NCBI RefSeq assembly: GCF_006345805.1
Contig: NC_043005.1
Span: 7,316,001 to 7,380,000, forward strand
Length of the DNA stretch: 64,000 bases
Direction of reading: 5' to 3'
Source of the DNA: Octopus sinensis
Lineage: Eukaryota
Each line of letters starts with the position of its first letter. The stretch's first letter is position 1. A program made the position numbers and the translations under genes. Under the pieces are notes generated by a model. It saw nothing but the letters and a program-made list of their open reading frames with translations, made no database searches and had not been told where the DNA came from. Shown in pieces: positions 37,851 through 50,699 of this stretch.

Positions 37851-38125
37851 ATAATAATAATAATGAAATTATTGTATACAGTGCTCAGGTGCACCACAAC
37901 TTGTCAGAAAGTGCATATAAAGTACATGCAGTAATGTAAAAATGTCTGGAAAGCGAACAATGTACGAGTCAGATACATGCTTGTGTGTGTATGGAGGGGA
38001 GAAAATCAGGTGTAGTGTTGGCGAATCTCAGAAAGCATGGAAGTCTTGAAGGATGCAGTGCTCCGACAACTAACAACTGATGACGGCAGTTTGTTCCATG
38101 CTTCAGTAACTCTTAGCATGAAAAA
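37851..38125 (-). mobile_element. CR1/L2-type LINE 3' end with (ATT)n tail
   Basis: Reverse complement of 61587-61915. Confidence 0.8.
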
Positions 38126-38317
38126 ATGTTTAGGAAATAGATAGATGTATGTAACTTTTTTTAAAAATTAGGTCAAATAAAACTGACACAGTGAATAACT
38201 ATTGCAATTCTACTGTGGCAATTATCAGGAGAATTTATGCAATTGTGGCCGTGATCATGATGATAGAGACATTAGTGATTGTGTATTTATAATGAGTAGA
38301 AAAAAAATACTAATTAC

Positions 38318-38382
38318 CAAATGTTATGTTCAGCTGTCGTATGGAATTCAAAAAATAGTAGTGATAGAAAACTTGCCATAAT
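38318..38382 (-). CDS. TMEM241: TMEM241 exon (IMASFLSLLFFEFHTTAEHNI)
   Basis: gtgtag| and |gtaatt, 65 nt. Matches human IITAGLSILLFD. Confidence 0.85.
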
Positions 38383-40231
38383 CTACACAGGTAGAGACAA
38401 AAACAGTTAATTAGATAATTATTTACAATAAACATTTAATGTTACTCAACTCAAAATGAACATATAAACAAATATTTAAATGACATGATTGGTTTTAAGA
38501 ATCAAAATATTATCCATACATTTCAAAGAATTTACGATTATTTAATCAGAAATTTGGAATAAAACCTATTTACCACCTAGATATACTGAGGTAAGTAGGT
38601 TAAAGTATCTCATCTAAATCTACAACACAGTTTAGGCTTCAACTCATGATCTTAAGGTTAGTAATCCAGCAGCTAAAACAGTGGGAAAACTGAGCAAAAT
38701 ATATTATGTCAGGTAGTAGGTAATTATTGTAAAAGAAGGTATTAACATCACAGAGGTACACTTGCAAAACAAGTGATTTGATCAGAGACTATGGGTTGGG
38801 ACTAAAATGATTGCAGCATTTTCATGAAGCTAGGACCTGGTCCCTCACAGCAGTTTCTAGTAATAACAAAACAAAAAAAATATATACAGTTTGATATGCA
38901 GCCATATACCAAATAATCATGATCTGGCTCGTGAATGCCTTTGGCAGAGTTTACTCTGTTGCAATCATTGAAACCGGAGGGTTTGAGGATAGCCTGGAAG
39001 CTGTGGTTTACTCCTCCTTTCCCCACCACACCAGTTTCAGAGACCCTACATTAAGATCAAAGATACTGCCCTTCTTTTGTGATCTCAATTCAGAGCTTCC
39101 TTTCTTAAAACAGTATATTTTAACAGAATTTCTGAAGTAAAGATTATTTTAAAATGATAAAGTTTGAGAAGTATCAACATTATTTTCTAGAGACAAGATA
39201 TATTAATTACATACTTATTAAACAATAAGGGTTATACAGAACACTATATATATTTTTTTCACTTCTTTTCTTCATCAAAGCTTTGTAAAAATTTACATAA
39301 GGACATTTCATCTTGCAAAAGTTATATAGCAATGGAAAACTGCAGAAGAATTAGGTGATAGAAAGTAGAATATTTTCACTATTTTTACAAACAATACATT
39401 GAATAATATCTCATTGCAGATGTTACTTAAATCTCAGCACAAAAATTGAAGTTTAAGAAAAAAATCTTTCATCAGACCACTTCTCAAGAAGAAGCAAAAA
39501 TGACCAAATATATTTTAACTTGCAGACAGAATTGAAATCAGTCTATGGTTTTTAGTTACTTCTGGTTTATGAAACATAAATTGACGAACTTGAAGCATCT
39601 GCTTCTTGTGGTGTATCCAGAAGATTGGTTTCCTATAAAAATGCAACTGCTGTTTTCTCTATCAAAATGACACATGTTTGGAAATCTTTTAATGGCATTA
39701 TAGTGGGTAAAATGTGTTACACTGATGGTTATCAACTTCAATTTGAAGAGGATGTAGGCGTTGGATTATTACTCTTTTACATAGACAAGTCAGGGGCATT
39801 CAGGTCAGAAAGGTAGAAAGAAAAATAAGCATGGTCAGGAGCACTCGGGTTAAAAGGGTTAAAAAAAAAATAGGTAAGCACAGGTAATAAATTCCTACCA
39901 TGAAAGGTCACATTCAGGTCAAAAGGGTAAAACAAAAATAAGTAAATAAGTATGGTCAGAAAAACTCAAGTCAAAATGGTAATCGAATGGTATAGTCAGA
40001 AGCACTCAGATCAAACGTGTAAAAGAAAAAAAAAAGGTACGCACAGGTAATAAATTCCTACCATGAAAGGTCACAAAACCTGCTGAGATCTCAGTAAACA
40101 GACCATGTTATTTCACAGCACCGACTACTGACACAGCAGCAGACATTTACTACAGTAGCACCAAACAGATTCTATCAATGAAGCATGGAAAACATTTCAA
40201 TAAATCTAAAAAACAAATTCTGGAAACTTAC

Positions 40232-40325
40232 ATGTGCTATTGGAAGTAATCTGTTATAAACCAAAAATTCAGAATTCTCCTGAAGACTTATTCGTAACAA
40301 ATTCAATATAGTTCCTAAAATTCCA
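40232..40325 (-). CDS. TMEM241: TMEM241 exon (GILGTILNLLRISLQENSEFLVYNRLLPIAH)
   Basis: AG/GT, 94 nt. SGILG corresponds to human SGFLG. Confidence 0.88.
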
Positions 40326-40447
40326 CTTAAAAATACATAGAAATAAAAGTATGAAAAAATTACTTTTAAAGTCATTTGAATTTTAATGAATTCTATTTTT
40401 AAGAGATTTTATTAAACTAAAGTTAGCTATAAAACATATAAATTATA

Positions 40448-40837
40448 ATGGATGGAAGCACTCCGTCGGTTACGACGACGAGGGTTCCGGTTGATCCGAA
40501 TCAACGGAACAGCCTGCTCGTGAAATTAACGTGTAAGTGGCTGAGCACTCCACAGACGCGTGTACCCTTAACGTAGTTCTCGGGGATATTCAGCGTGACA
40601 CAGAGAGTGACAAGGCCGGCCCTTTGAAATACAGGTACAACAGAAACAGGAAGTAAGAGTGAGAGAAAGTTGTGGTGAAAGAGTACAGCAGGGATCATCA
40701 CCATCCCCTGCCAGAGCCTCGTGGAGCTTTAGGTGTTTTCGCTCAATAAACACTCACAACGCCCGGTCTGGGAATCGAAACCGCGATCCTATGACCGCAA
40801 GTCCGCTGCTCTAACCACTGGGCCATTGCACCTCCAC
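40448..40837 (-). mobile_element. tRNA-derived SINE family F, full length and CpG-rich (young)
   Basis: Head GGAGGTGCAATGGCCCAGTGGTTAGAGCAGCGG...GGTTTCGATTCCC. A 5' fragment of the same family lies at 16140-16276. Confidence 0.85.
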
Positions 40838-41150
40838 AAATTATAATAAACATATTGCAATAGCTGATCAATAAGTACCCAGACTGTTGCCATAGTAATG
40901 TAGTTAAAGCATGCAGAGTGAAGCCACTCTGTTCATTCAAAGCTGGCAAGGTTCAATTATAGAGTAAATATGTAACAAAAATAAAACAAATATATAAATA
41001 CATAAAACTAAGAGTTGATTTCTTCAGAAACATTTAGTTCTACATTACATAGGTTGTTATGAAATGGGGTGGATTCATAACAACAAACTATAATAAAAAA
41101 TAATATAAAAATGTATAAAAAAAAAAATAATAAAAATATTAAGTACTTAC

Positions 41151-41220
41151 CTTGCAAGGCAACCCATATAAAATTTATATAAATATAAGTGTTTGAAGTT
41201 AGCTGCTTCGAAAATATCTC
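41151..41220 (-). CDS. TMEM241: TMEM241 exon (DIFEAANFKHLYLYKFYMGCLAS)
   Basis: cttacag| and |gtaagt, 70 nt. Matches human GDLFSVLDFPFLYFYRFHGSCCAS. Confidence 0.92.
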
Positions 41221-41359
41221 CTGTAAGAAAACAGTTGTATATGTATCTATCAATATTTTCATCATCACGTGTAACAGATAGATCCTTTAATTTCCATACC
41301 TTTCTTCTAGTCTTAATTTGTTTTCAAATTTTCTAATAACCCCAATGCTATATATTTAA

Positions 41360-41926
41360 TGATATCAATGGAAATAGCAGTTGTGATACCTGTGTCGGTG
41401 GCACATAAAAAGCACCATCCGAACGTGGCCGATGCCAGCACCGCCTCGACTGGCTTCTGTGCCGGTGGCACATAAAAAGCACCATCCGAACGTGGCCGAT
41501 GCCAGCGCCGCCTCGACTGGCTTCTGTGCCGGTGGCACATAAAAAGCACCATCCGAACGTGGCCGATGCCAGCACCGCCTCGACTGGCTTCTGTGCCGGT
41601 GGCACATAAAAAGCAACATCCGAACGTGGTCGATGCCAGCGCCGCCTTGGCTGGCTTCCGTGCCGGTGGCACGTTAAAAGCACCAACCGATCGTGGCCGA
41701 TGCAGACCCCCCCCCCCATGGCACCTGTGCAGGTGGCACGTAGAAAGCACCCACTACACTCGCGGAGTGGTTGGCGTTAGGAAGGACATCCAGCTGTAGA
41801 AACACTGCCAGATCAGACTGGAGCCTGGTGCTGCCCCTGGCTTCCCAGACCCCGGTCGAACCGTCCAACCCTTGCTAGCACGGAAAACGGACGTTAACCG
41901 ATGATGATGATGACGATGATGATGAT
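41360..41926 (+). mobile_element. Family B retroposon with about 5 VNTR units
   Basis: Leader ATCAATGGAAATAGCAG, tandem units of about 60 bp, RTE tail. Confidence 0.88.
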
Positions 41927-42128
41927 ACAACTACAAACAAAATAACTGCCAAATTTTCAATGATGCATTTATTATCTTTCTCTATTTTTCTCTCTAAACT
42001 TTACAGCAGTAATTATAACCAGAAAAATTATCAGGAAATGAATTGTTGTCTATAATTCATCCTGATCATTTCAGTAACACAATAAGATTTTCTGATATCT
42101 TGTCCTAAAATAAAAACCAGTCTTAAAT

Positions 42129-42365
42129 AATAATGATAATAATGAAATTATTTTATACAGTGCTCAGGTGCACCACAACTTGTCAGAAAGTGCATATAAA
42201 GTACATGCAGTAATGTAAAAATGTCTGGAAAGCGAACAATGTATGAGTCAGATACATGCTTGTGTGTGTATGGAGGGGAGAAAATCAGGTGTAGTGTTGG
42301 TGAATCTCAGAAAGCATGGAAGTTTTGACGGATGCAGTGCTCCGACAACTAACAACTGATGCTGG
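42129..42365 (-). mobile_element. CR1/L2-type LINE 3' end
   Basis: Near-identical to 37851-38090. Confidence 0.8.
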
Positions 42366-42612
42366 TTAAAGAAACTCATGGTCTGCATTGAGAACAATCT
42401 CTTAATAAAATTTGCAAATTAGGATAAATTCAAATGACAGGGAGAGACAAGAACAGAGTATTTGATATTCTCACCTCTCCATTACATGTATACATACACT
42501 TATCTAAATTTGAATAAGATCATTTGCCTTGGAAAGACAATAATTGTGTATTCAGTATTTTCAATTTCTGACAGCATAGACTGCTTGTTTAATTTAAGTA
42601 CCTTGAAATGTG

Positions 42613-42990
42613 AAGGCACATGGCTCAGTGGTTAGAGCATCAGGCTAACAATCATGAGGTAGTGAGTTTGATTCCCAGATCAGGCTGTGTGTTGTGTTCT
42701 TGAGCAAGACACTTTACTTCACATTGCTCCATTTCATTCAGCTGTAGAAATGAGTTGCAACATCACAGGTGCCAAGCTGTATCGGTCCCTTTGCCTTTCC
42801 CTTGGATAATACTGGAAGGGTGGAGAGAGGAGGCTGATATGCATGGATGACAGCTGGTCTTCCATAAACAACCTTGCCCGGACTTGTGCCTCAGAAGAAT
42901 AAGTACTAGGCTTAAAAAAACGTTCTGGGGTTGATTTGTTCAACTAAAACCCTTCAAGGCGGTGCCCCAACAGGGTCACAATCAAATAAC
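42613..42990 (+). mobile_element. Chimeric SINE (family E head and body with a family-A-type 3' tail)
   Basis: tRNA head GGCACATGGCTCAGTGGTTAGAGC. Body shared with 26236-26352 (-), then a switch to GAATAAGTACTAGGC...GAAACAAGTAAAAG. Confidence 0.7.
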
Positions 42991-43112
42991 TGAAACAAGT
43001 AAAAGAAAATATTTGACAAAAATCAGTTAAATATAATGATTCTTCTGCTGATTAATATAAAGTATTCGTAATTAAAAACACATAGGATATTTAATATATT
43101 CTTTATAGAAGT

Positions 43113-43322
43113 TGGTGGGCTGTCAGAAACGTTAGCATGCCAGGCAAAACGCTTAGCAATATTTCATGTCTTTTACATTCTGAGTTGAAATTCCGCTGAG
43201 GTCAACTTTGCCTTTCATCCTTTCGGGGTCGATAAATTAAGTACCAGTTGCAAACTGGGGTCGATCTAATCGACTGGCCACTCCCCCAAAATTTTGGGCC
43301 TTGTGCCTAGAGTAGAAAAGAA
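43113..43322 (+). mobile_element. SINE family C-related
   Basis: Head and central domain. Confidence 0.8.
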
Positions 43323-43399
43323 TATACACACTTCTGAGATGGTAAAATAAAATATACTGTCAAGTTAAGATTAATTTCTAAAAAACGTAATGACCTTAC

Positions 43400-43434
43400 C
43401 TAAAAGGTAACTGCCCGGAATGAAGAAAATTACA
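43400..43434 (-). CDS. TMEM241: TMEM241 35-nt exon (VIFFIPGSYLLG)
   Basis: tttcag| and |gtaagg. Phase 2/1 joins NYIFS to GDIF. Confidence 0.87.
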
Positions 43435-43780
43435 CTGAAATAGGTAAAGATCAAACAATCAAAATACAATAAATAATATATTTATAAATTGGTAAATTTT
43501 ATTCTACATTCTGCATTAAAATAATGCTTATGTTAGGGAGTTAACTCAATCAATTACATTCCTTCCCAATAAAATCTGGCTTATAAAGTGTAAGAAAGCA
43601 TTAATGAGCTTAGCCACAGAAAAGGAATTATAAGTGGCAACCCAAATCCTGACATAGTTTCAATTTCTCTTTGAATCTTTTTTATTTACAATGTTAAAGC
43701 CTTTGGGAAAAACATGAATATTGTACTTTCCTTTTTCTTTAAAAATATGGTGTACAAAATGATATCAAATGTTCCCAGAC

Positions 43781-44189
43781 TCTCTCTTTCTCTTTTCTCT
43801 CTTTTACTTGTTTCAGTCATTTGACTGCGGCCATGCTGGAGCACTGCCTTTAGTCGAGCAAATCGACCCCAGGACTTATTCTTTGTAAGCCTAGTACTTA
43901 TTCTATCGGTCTCTTTTGCCAAACCGCTAAGTTACGGGGACGTAAACACACCAGCATCGGTTGTCAAGCGATGTTGGGGGGACAAACACAGACACACAAA
44001 CATATATATATATATATGCATATATACGACAGGCGTCTTTCAGTTTCCGTCTACCAAATCCACTCACATGGCATTGGTCAGCCCGAGGCTATAGTAGAAA
44101 ACACTTTCCCAAGGTGCCACGCAGTGGGACTGAACCCGGAACCATGTGGTTGGTAAGCAAGCTACTTACCACACAGCCACTCCTGCGCC
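43781..44189 (-). mobile_element. SINE family A
   Basis: Consensus match. Confidence 0.9.
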
Positions 44190-44214
44190 TAACTAGTTAT
44201 GTTTAGTAAAAAAA

Positions 44215-45408
44215 TAACTTATTTACCAAAGTTTTAACATCACACCCTTCGAAATAGTCACCTTGTACAGCAATATACCTGTCCCAGTGTTCCTGCCACT
44301 TTTGGAATCTGGGAAGTTGTTTTCCGTAAGTGGATCAAGAACCTTCTGTGATTTGCCCTGGATCTTGACAGTGGTGTTAAAACAGCGACCTTTGAGTTGG
44401 ATATTTATCTTGAGGAAGTGATGAAAGTCTGCAGGTTCTGTATCTGGTGAATAGCGGAGGTACAGAAGTGATTCCATGTTGTTTTTGGAGATAAATTTAT
44501 GAGTGAGGAGGGCTCGGTGACAGGGTGCATTGTCATTGTAAAGAATTCTTTGTGCTTCACAGATCCAGTTGCCTTCACCAAATGTCCTCCCTCCAATGCT
44601 TCAAAACATCGTTGATTGTCCTCCAATGATCCTCATGCACAAGCTGAGGAATTTTCTAAATCAATGGAAATTGTAGTTGTGATACCAGTGCCGGTGGCAC
44701 GTAAGAGAACCATCCGAATGTGGCCGTTGCCAGCACCGCTCCCACTGGCCTCCGTGCTGGTGGCACGTAAAAAGCACCATCCGATCGTGGCCGTTTGCCA
44801 GACTCGTCTGGCACCTGTGCCGGTGGCACGTAAAAAGCACCCACTACACTCACGGAGTGGTTGGCGTTAGGAAGGGCATCCGCTGTAGAAACACTGCCAG
44901 ATCAGACTGGAGCCTGGTGCAGCCTTCTGGCTTCCCAGACCCCAGTTGAACCGTCCAACCCATGCTAGCATGGAAAGCGGACGTTTTACGATGATGATGA
45001 TGATGATGATGATGATTCCCAGGGGTGACGCTTGTGGAAGATCTTCCAGATCGCTCATCATCTTCCAGGGATGTTCTTCTGGTTTTAAAGCGCCCGTGCC
45101 AATCGAAACATTGTGTACAACCCATTGTCTCATCACCATAAACTTGCCGAAACATGCTCAATGTCTTTGTAGCAGACTTCCCAAGTTTAACACAAAATTT
45201 CCCGTTGGCACTTGTTTCTATCCATGACGAAATCACAGACCACAGCTTCCACATGATCACAAAGACACAAATTTCACAACTTGTGAAGTAAACATAGCGA
45301 TGTCACTTGCCACACTGCCTCATGGTGGTCACTGCAAGCTCTCACTGCGCATGCAGCCATGTGCTGCCATCTGGTGATGCACTACAGAACTAATGATACC
45401 ACCTCATA
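44215..45408 (-). mobile_element. Degenerate mariner interrupted by a family-B retroposon
   Basis: N-terminal KFCVKLGKSATKT...DDERSGR (45017-45220) and C-terminal YNDNAPCH...YSPDTEPADF (44223-44560). Confidence 0.8.
44660..45016 (+). mobile_element. Family B retroposon inside a mariner relic
   Basis: Consensus match, flanked on both sides by mariner transposase remnants. Confidence 0.88.
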
Positions 45409-45552
45409 TTTGTGATTAGTAAACAGGAAGCCAATGATGAAGTGCAATACATGTGCTTGAAATATGAAAATGGTGAACAAGAGGCTCCACAGAATTTCGT
45501 TTTGTATCCCCTTAGCTTCTGTTTTAATGAGCTTGACTTAAATGAACATAGA

Positions 45553-45737
45553 GTGTAGTGTAGTAAGAAATTTGCTTCCCAACATGGTTCTAGATTCACT
45601 CCCACCGTGTGGGACCTTGAGCAAGTGCCTTCTGCTATAGCCTCAGGCTGACCAAAACCTTGTGAGTGGATTTGGTAGCTGGAAACTGAAAGTAGCTTAT
45701 TGTGTGTATGTGTGTCTGTCTGTCTGTCTGTGTCTTT

Positions 45738-45768
<31 letters not shown>

Positions 45769-45945
45769 AGACCACTGCTTTACAACCATAACTTAGCAGT
45801 TTGGCAAAAGAGACCAACAGAATAAGTACCAAGCTTTAAAAGAAAATAAGTATTGTGATTGATTAGTTCAACTAAAATTCCTCAAGGCAGTGCCCCAGCA
45901 TGGTCGCGGTCTAATGACTGAAACAAGTAAAAAGATAAAAAAGAA
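45553..45945 (+). mobile_element. SINE family A-related, diverged
   Basis: Degenerate head, (TG)n and AAAAGA tail. Confidence 0.75.
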
Positions 45946-46040
45946 AAAGCTGTATTGCATTCATTCTGCATATAAGAGGCCAAGTGTATAAGAATCCTGT
46001 AAATTTTTTATATATATTAATGAGAATTACCAAAACTTAC

Positions 46041-46076
46041 CTGAATATATAATTATAGTAAAGTAATTCAATTTTA
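46041..46076 (-). CDS. TMEM241: TMEM241 36-nt exon (KIELLYYNYIFS)
   Basis: Poly-T tract AG, |gtaagt. YxNYIFS motif as in human DQQYLNYIFS. Confidence 0.9.
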
Positions 46077-46614
46077 CTGAAAAAAAAAAATAGTAGAAGT
46101 AGTTTGATAAATAAATAAAAGTATTCTTGGAAAAGTTTTAGTTTTAAAAGTTGAGTACTTAGATTTTTTTTATTTCTCTACTTTTGCTCTATGTCAAGAT
46201 AAAGAGCTAAATTTAAGACAGAACTGGAGATCACTCACCTCTTCCTAAGACTAGATGTAACTGGTAACTATTTTTCACTACAATAACTTTCACAAAACAG
46301 ACAACATTAAGAACAATCCTTGCGGCAGGATTTTCCTATCTTCAATTCTTTACCTTTCACTGACCCCAAAATTTGTTTCCTAAATCTAGGATATCATACC
46401 CTTAATACTGTGCACAATTGAACAATACTATCATAGTAGCTTTCGATGAATAAACACAACAGTAGCTGCACACTATGAACGATGTTTCAGTATTGTTGAC
46501 AGCATTGTCATTACTAATATTAACTAAACTAGATATTAAAAAAATACACTAGCAAAAATTCCACCTACAAAAGCCATTATATTTGGAAGAGAAATATTGG
46601 AATAAAATATGCAA

Positions 46615-47000
46615 GACAGAAATCGAAATTGAACCAATCCTATGACTGGCACCAAGCAGATGCCAGGACCCCTGGACTGGTGGTACGTAAAAAGCACTAT
46701 CCGAATTGTGGCTGATGCCAGCGCCACCTCGACTGGCTTCCGTGCCGGTGGCATGTAAAATGCACCAATCCGACCGTGGCCGTTGCCAGCCTCGCCTGAC
46801 ACCTGTGCGGGTGGCACGTAAAAAGCACCCACTACACTCACGGAGTGGTTGGCGTTAGGAAGGGCATCCAGCTGTAGAAACATTGCCAGATAAGACCGGA
46901 GCCTGGTGCAGCCTTCTGGCTTCCCAGATCCCCGGTCGAACCGTCCAACCCATGCTAGCATGAAGAACAGATGTTAAACGATGATGATGATGACGATGAT
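46615..47000 (+). mobile_element. Family B retroposon
   Basis: AATCGAAATTGA leader, repeat units, RTE tail. Confidence 0.85.
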
Positions 47001-47379
47001 GAACTTGATTGATTAAAATAATAGAACAATAACATTTATGTTACCAGAAGTTAATTACAAATTACCAGATAATGAGATCTGTGCCAGAAGCAGACTACAG
47101 ATATCTGAGAGTCATAATCAAGTACTCCAAAAGAGTACATAGATTGAGGCATGTTATATACAGAATAAGCTAAATTTAGTTTTATCCGAAGAGTTATTCA
47201 CAATTAGGCAATCAAAGGTTTTTGTCTGTGAAACATATTTTCACGCAACCATTTGTTTCAAATACCAATCAGGAATCAGTTGCTAATATGTATAAGGATG
47301 TTCTAGTGTAAAATTAGCAGTACAAATAATTTGGAAACAAAATCAATTTGGGAATACAATATTTTTCAGATCTGATATA

Positions 47380-47780
47380 GATACTCTGAGCGCCTTGTTT
47401 CCCTGGGCATGGATTCACTGAAGCTCCGGCATCTGGCGACGGACTTGGTAAACACCCACAAAGTTATCAACCACCTCACCAACAACAACACTGAACACCT
47501 TTTTGATCTTCATGTGTCTAACACACGTGGACATGCCTACAAAGTCAGAAAACAACACAGCTCCCATGACTTTCGGAAACATTTTTTCACGTTCAGAGTT
47601 GCTGAAGCATGGAACAAACTGCCAGCGTCAGTTGTTGACTGCCATGACACTGCATCCTTTACGGCCCTCATGCTTTCCGAAATCCGCCGAAACTACACCT
47701 GATTATACATACACTTTAGATGAGTTGTAGTGCACCTGAGCACTGTACACAATGTTTTTATTATTATTATTATTATTATT
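47380..47780 (+). mobile_element. CR1-type LINE ORF2 C-terminus and 3' tail
   Basis: TRGHAYKV...RKHFFTFRVAEAWNKLPASVV is a typical CR1 C-terminus; (ATT)n tail. Confidence 0.85.
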
Positions 47781-49078
47781 ATATAAGAAGTACAGGCAGA
47801 TAGTAGGTAGATGAATGATAACCAAAGCACTGGTTTGGAGAGCAATTATATTGTAAGAACTGAGTTGGAGTGTCACATAAGAGTGATTATAAAAGCTATT
47901 TGAATATATGTAAGCAAATAAGCATAATAGAGATGTAAGAAAATTATTTGATTTTACTGCAGATATGAACTGACCATAATCAATTAACTAAAGTGTGCTT
48001 AAATAACATATTAAATCAACAAACAAGAATGTCAATACAGATAGTAAAACAAAAAAATATAATGATATTAAATTACAAAATTAGTTAAGAAAATATTTTT
48101 AGAATTGGTTATTAATAATAGATGGCAGGCAGAACTAAAAGACAATCAAACAGTAATCTGTGAGGGTTAAGATGGAACTGTAGCATAAGAGAGGAGAAAA
48201 GTTTTTAGATAGATCATAAGAAGCAGTCAAACATATTTTGAAATGGCATAAATATTGCAATGGTCTTAAATCACTGCCATAACAAAAACTATTTTCTTTT
48301 TTAAGAATTAAAGGCAGTGTATGAAAGCTTTTCACTGCAATGGGTGATAGATGATAATACAAAAAATATGGCCTTTATTAGAGATAACTCTAAGAATCTG
48401 TATAATTTCTTTAATGAACATTTTACATATAAAGTAAGAGTGAACCAATGAACTTCAAAATCTACTGTGATAAGTTTTTCAATTATTTAACAGTTTACTA
48501 ACTTTTTCACTTACTACAATGTGTAAAATGGTTAGAATTAGAAAGGACATCCAACTGTAGAAATCATGCCAAAGCAGACAGTCCTTTGGCTTACCAGTTC
48601 CTGTTAAACTGTCCAACCATAGCAGTATAGAAAATGGACTTTAAATGGGGATGATTAACAGGAGAGCTGGATATTGCAAAAGGATTATCATTGTATTTGA
48701 TGCATAAAAGATTTTGGAAAGAGCACAAAGGACAAATAGAGATATAGCTAATTATCCTTATTTGTATCTGCTAAGTTTCTTTGTTCAAATTTTAATAAAA
48801 CAGGACATTAGAATTCGAATGTCTCCAAGTTTCAATTTCAGTCTATTTAAACATCTGTTTTATGGGTTTTAAATTTCAATTGAAACTTTATAAATAAAAA
48901 ATAAAATTCAAGATCTGATTTAAAATTACATTGTTCAATAAAGATTTATTTACTATTATAGTGTAATCTTGGCCAATCCTTTTGAGACAGGAATTTTTGT
49001 TAAAATACATGTATTTTTCTGTCAAACTGATATATTTTTTAACAGGAAAGCTCTAGTAAAAGATATGTAAATAAATAC

Positions 49079-49127
49079 CTTGCTTCTATGATATCTTTAT
49101 TGAATTCAATAAATACCACAATAGCAC
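49079..49127 (-). CDS. TMEM241: TMEM241 exon (AIVVFIEFNKDIIEA)
   Basis: ttcttccag| and |gtattt, 49 nt. Phase 1/2 fits both neighbouring exons. Confidence 0.82.
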
Positions 49128-49261
49128 CTGGAAGAAAAAATAATTTCTTTTCAAAATGATGTATTTAAATTAATTAATGTTCAAATAACTTTATCATGAT
49201 ATTTCAAATTAATAAAACAATAACCTATTTTTTTACAAGGAAACCAAAGCTTTCTTTGCAA

Positions 49262-49637
49262 CCATGGGGCTTCAGGTTCAGTCACACAGCACAGCACTTG
49301 GTCAAATGTTTTCTACAATAGCCTTGGGTTGACCAATGCCTTGTTAGTGAATTTGATACAAAGAAACTGTGTTGAAGCCCGTCATTTATATATGTGCGCA
49401 TAAAAGAGAGAGAGAGAGAGAGAGTGTGTGTGTGTGTGTGTCTGTCTCCCAACCATCTCTTGGCAACTAGCCTTGGTTTGTTTACATTCCTGTAACTTAG
49501 TGATTCAGCAAAAGAGACTGATAGAATAAGTATCAAACTTAAAAAGTAAAGTACTGAGGTTGATTTGTTCAACTAAAACTCTTCGAAGCAAGTTCCAGCA
49601 TGGCCGCAGTCCAATGACTGAAATGAGTAAGATAAGA
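49262..49637 (+). mobile_element. SINE family A-related, diverged
   Basis: Degenerate B-box, body and tail. Confidence 0.7.
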
Positions 49638-50105
49638 GACACACATGTGCGTGTATGTGTGTAAAAGGACTTACTACAAGTTTATTCATCTACTATGCAT
49701 TTATGAAAGTCTGTAAGTGTGTGTTCATCTTCTCTCTCAAACATTCTCTCTCTCTCTTATTTGCCTCTAGCACTTGAGGGAAGCCTTTTAAACATTTGGA
49801 AATATTCTTTTATAAGCGACTCTTTCTGCTGACTACTCTTGCACATCTGCTATGGATGAGGTCTTTCTTTTCTTTCAGCCTAAATATGATACCACTGTAT
49901 GTCTTGTGTACCTACAACAGTTTACACTAGGTACACTGCATGGCATTCCTACCTACCTATTTACTACATATCAAGCATAGGCATTTTCCAGATGACTGCA
50001 GGCTTCTACTAACTTAAACTTTTGTCATTGCTAGGTTTAATTTTGGACATCTTAATTTTTAGGCTTTGTTTCCATTTTTGAAATATCTTCTTTAAGTCTT
50101 TAATA

Positions 50106-50670
50106 TTGGGTTGTCCGGAAAGTTCGTGCCGATTTTTAAAGGAAAGAAAAAGGGCAATAAATACTTGCCGTTACATTTTTAATCAACCATATATGAACCA
50201 TTTTGTTACACAATGCATCTCCATCTTTCCTTTAACTTGAAAATACCCTCTTCACAGAATTGAGTTGGTTTCATGGCAATAATTTATCAAGGTATCTTTT
50301 TACGTCATCCAAGGAATTGAAATTTTTACCATTAAGACTATTCTGCAGAGACCTGACTAAGTGGAAATCCAAAGGAGCAATATCTGGTGAATATGGAGTG
50401 TGGGGTAACACATCCCAACCGAGCTGCAGCAATTTTTGTCTGGCTCCCAAAGCATCAAGTGCCGAAAAGGAACTTTCTTATCTTCCATTTTAAAGGGTTA
50501 CAGAATTAACACAGGTTATAGGAACATAAACCTTCTTCCACGAAAAGATAGCTTAAACTGTGCTCTAAATGGAGGTGTAGTCAAATCCTATTTTATGGAC
50601 TTAACCATGTTCTAAAATAAGTCGAAAGGTAAGCTACTATAAATCGGCAAGAACTTTCCAGACAACCCAA
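50106..50670 (-). mobile_element. Internally deleted mariner (565 bp)
   Basis: TA|TTGGGTTGTCCGGAAAGTTC ... GAACTTTCCAGACAACCCAA|TA. Minus strand encodes GWDVLPHTPYSPDIAPLDFHL. Confidence 0.9.
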
Positions 50671-50699
50671 TAGTTTCAGCTTGAGAATTGGGTCTGCAA

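Noticed and set aside
38802-39045. Open frame on - with AG/GT-like ends (VSETGVVGKGG...)
   Set aside because: No recognisable homology, and its phase does not fit the TMEM241 exon chain.
39567-39632. Exon-like segment on - (ETNLLDTPQEADASSSSIYVS*) as a TMEM241 terminal exon
   Set aside because: It would delete the last two transmembrane segments, and a better-matching next exon exists at 38318-38382. It cannot be excluded as a minor isoform without RNA data.
39790-40080. Degenerate duplication with a period of about 160 bp (GCACAGGTAATAAATTCCTACCATGAAAGGTCACA twice)
   Set aside because: A simple local tandem duplication in an intron with no coding, structural or terminal features.
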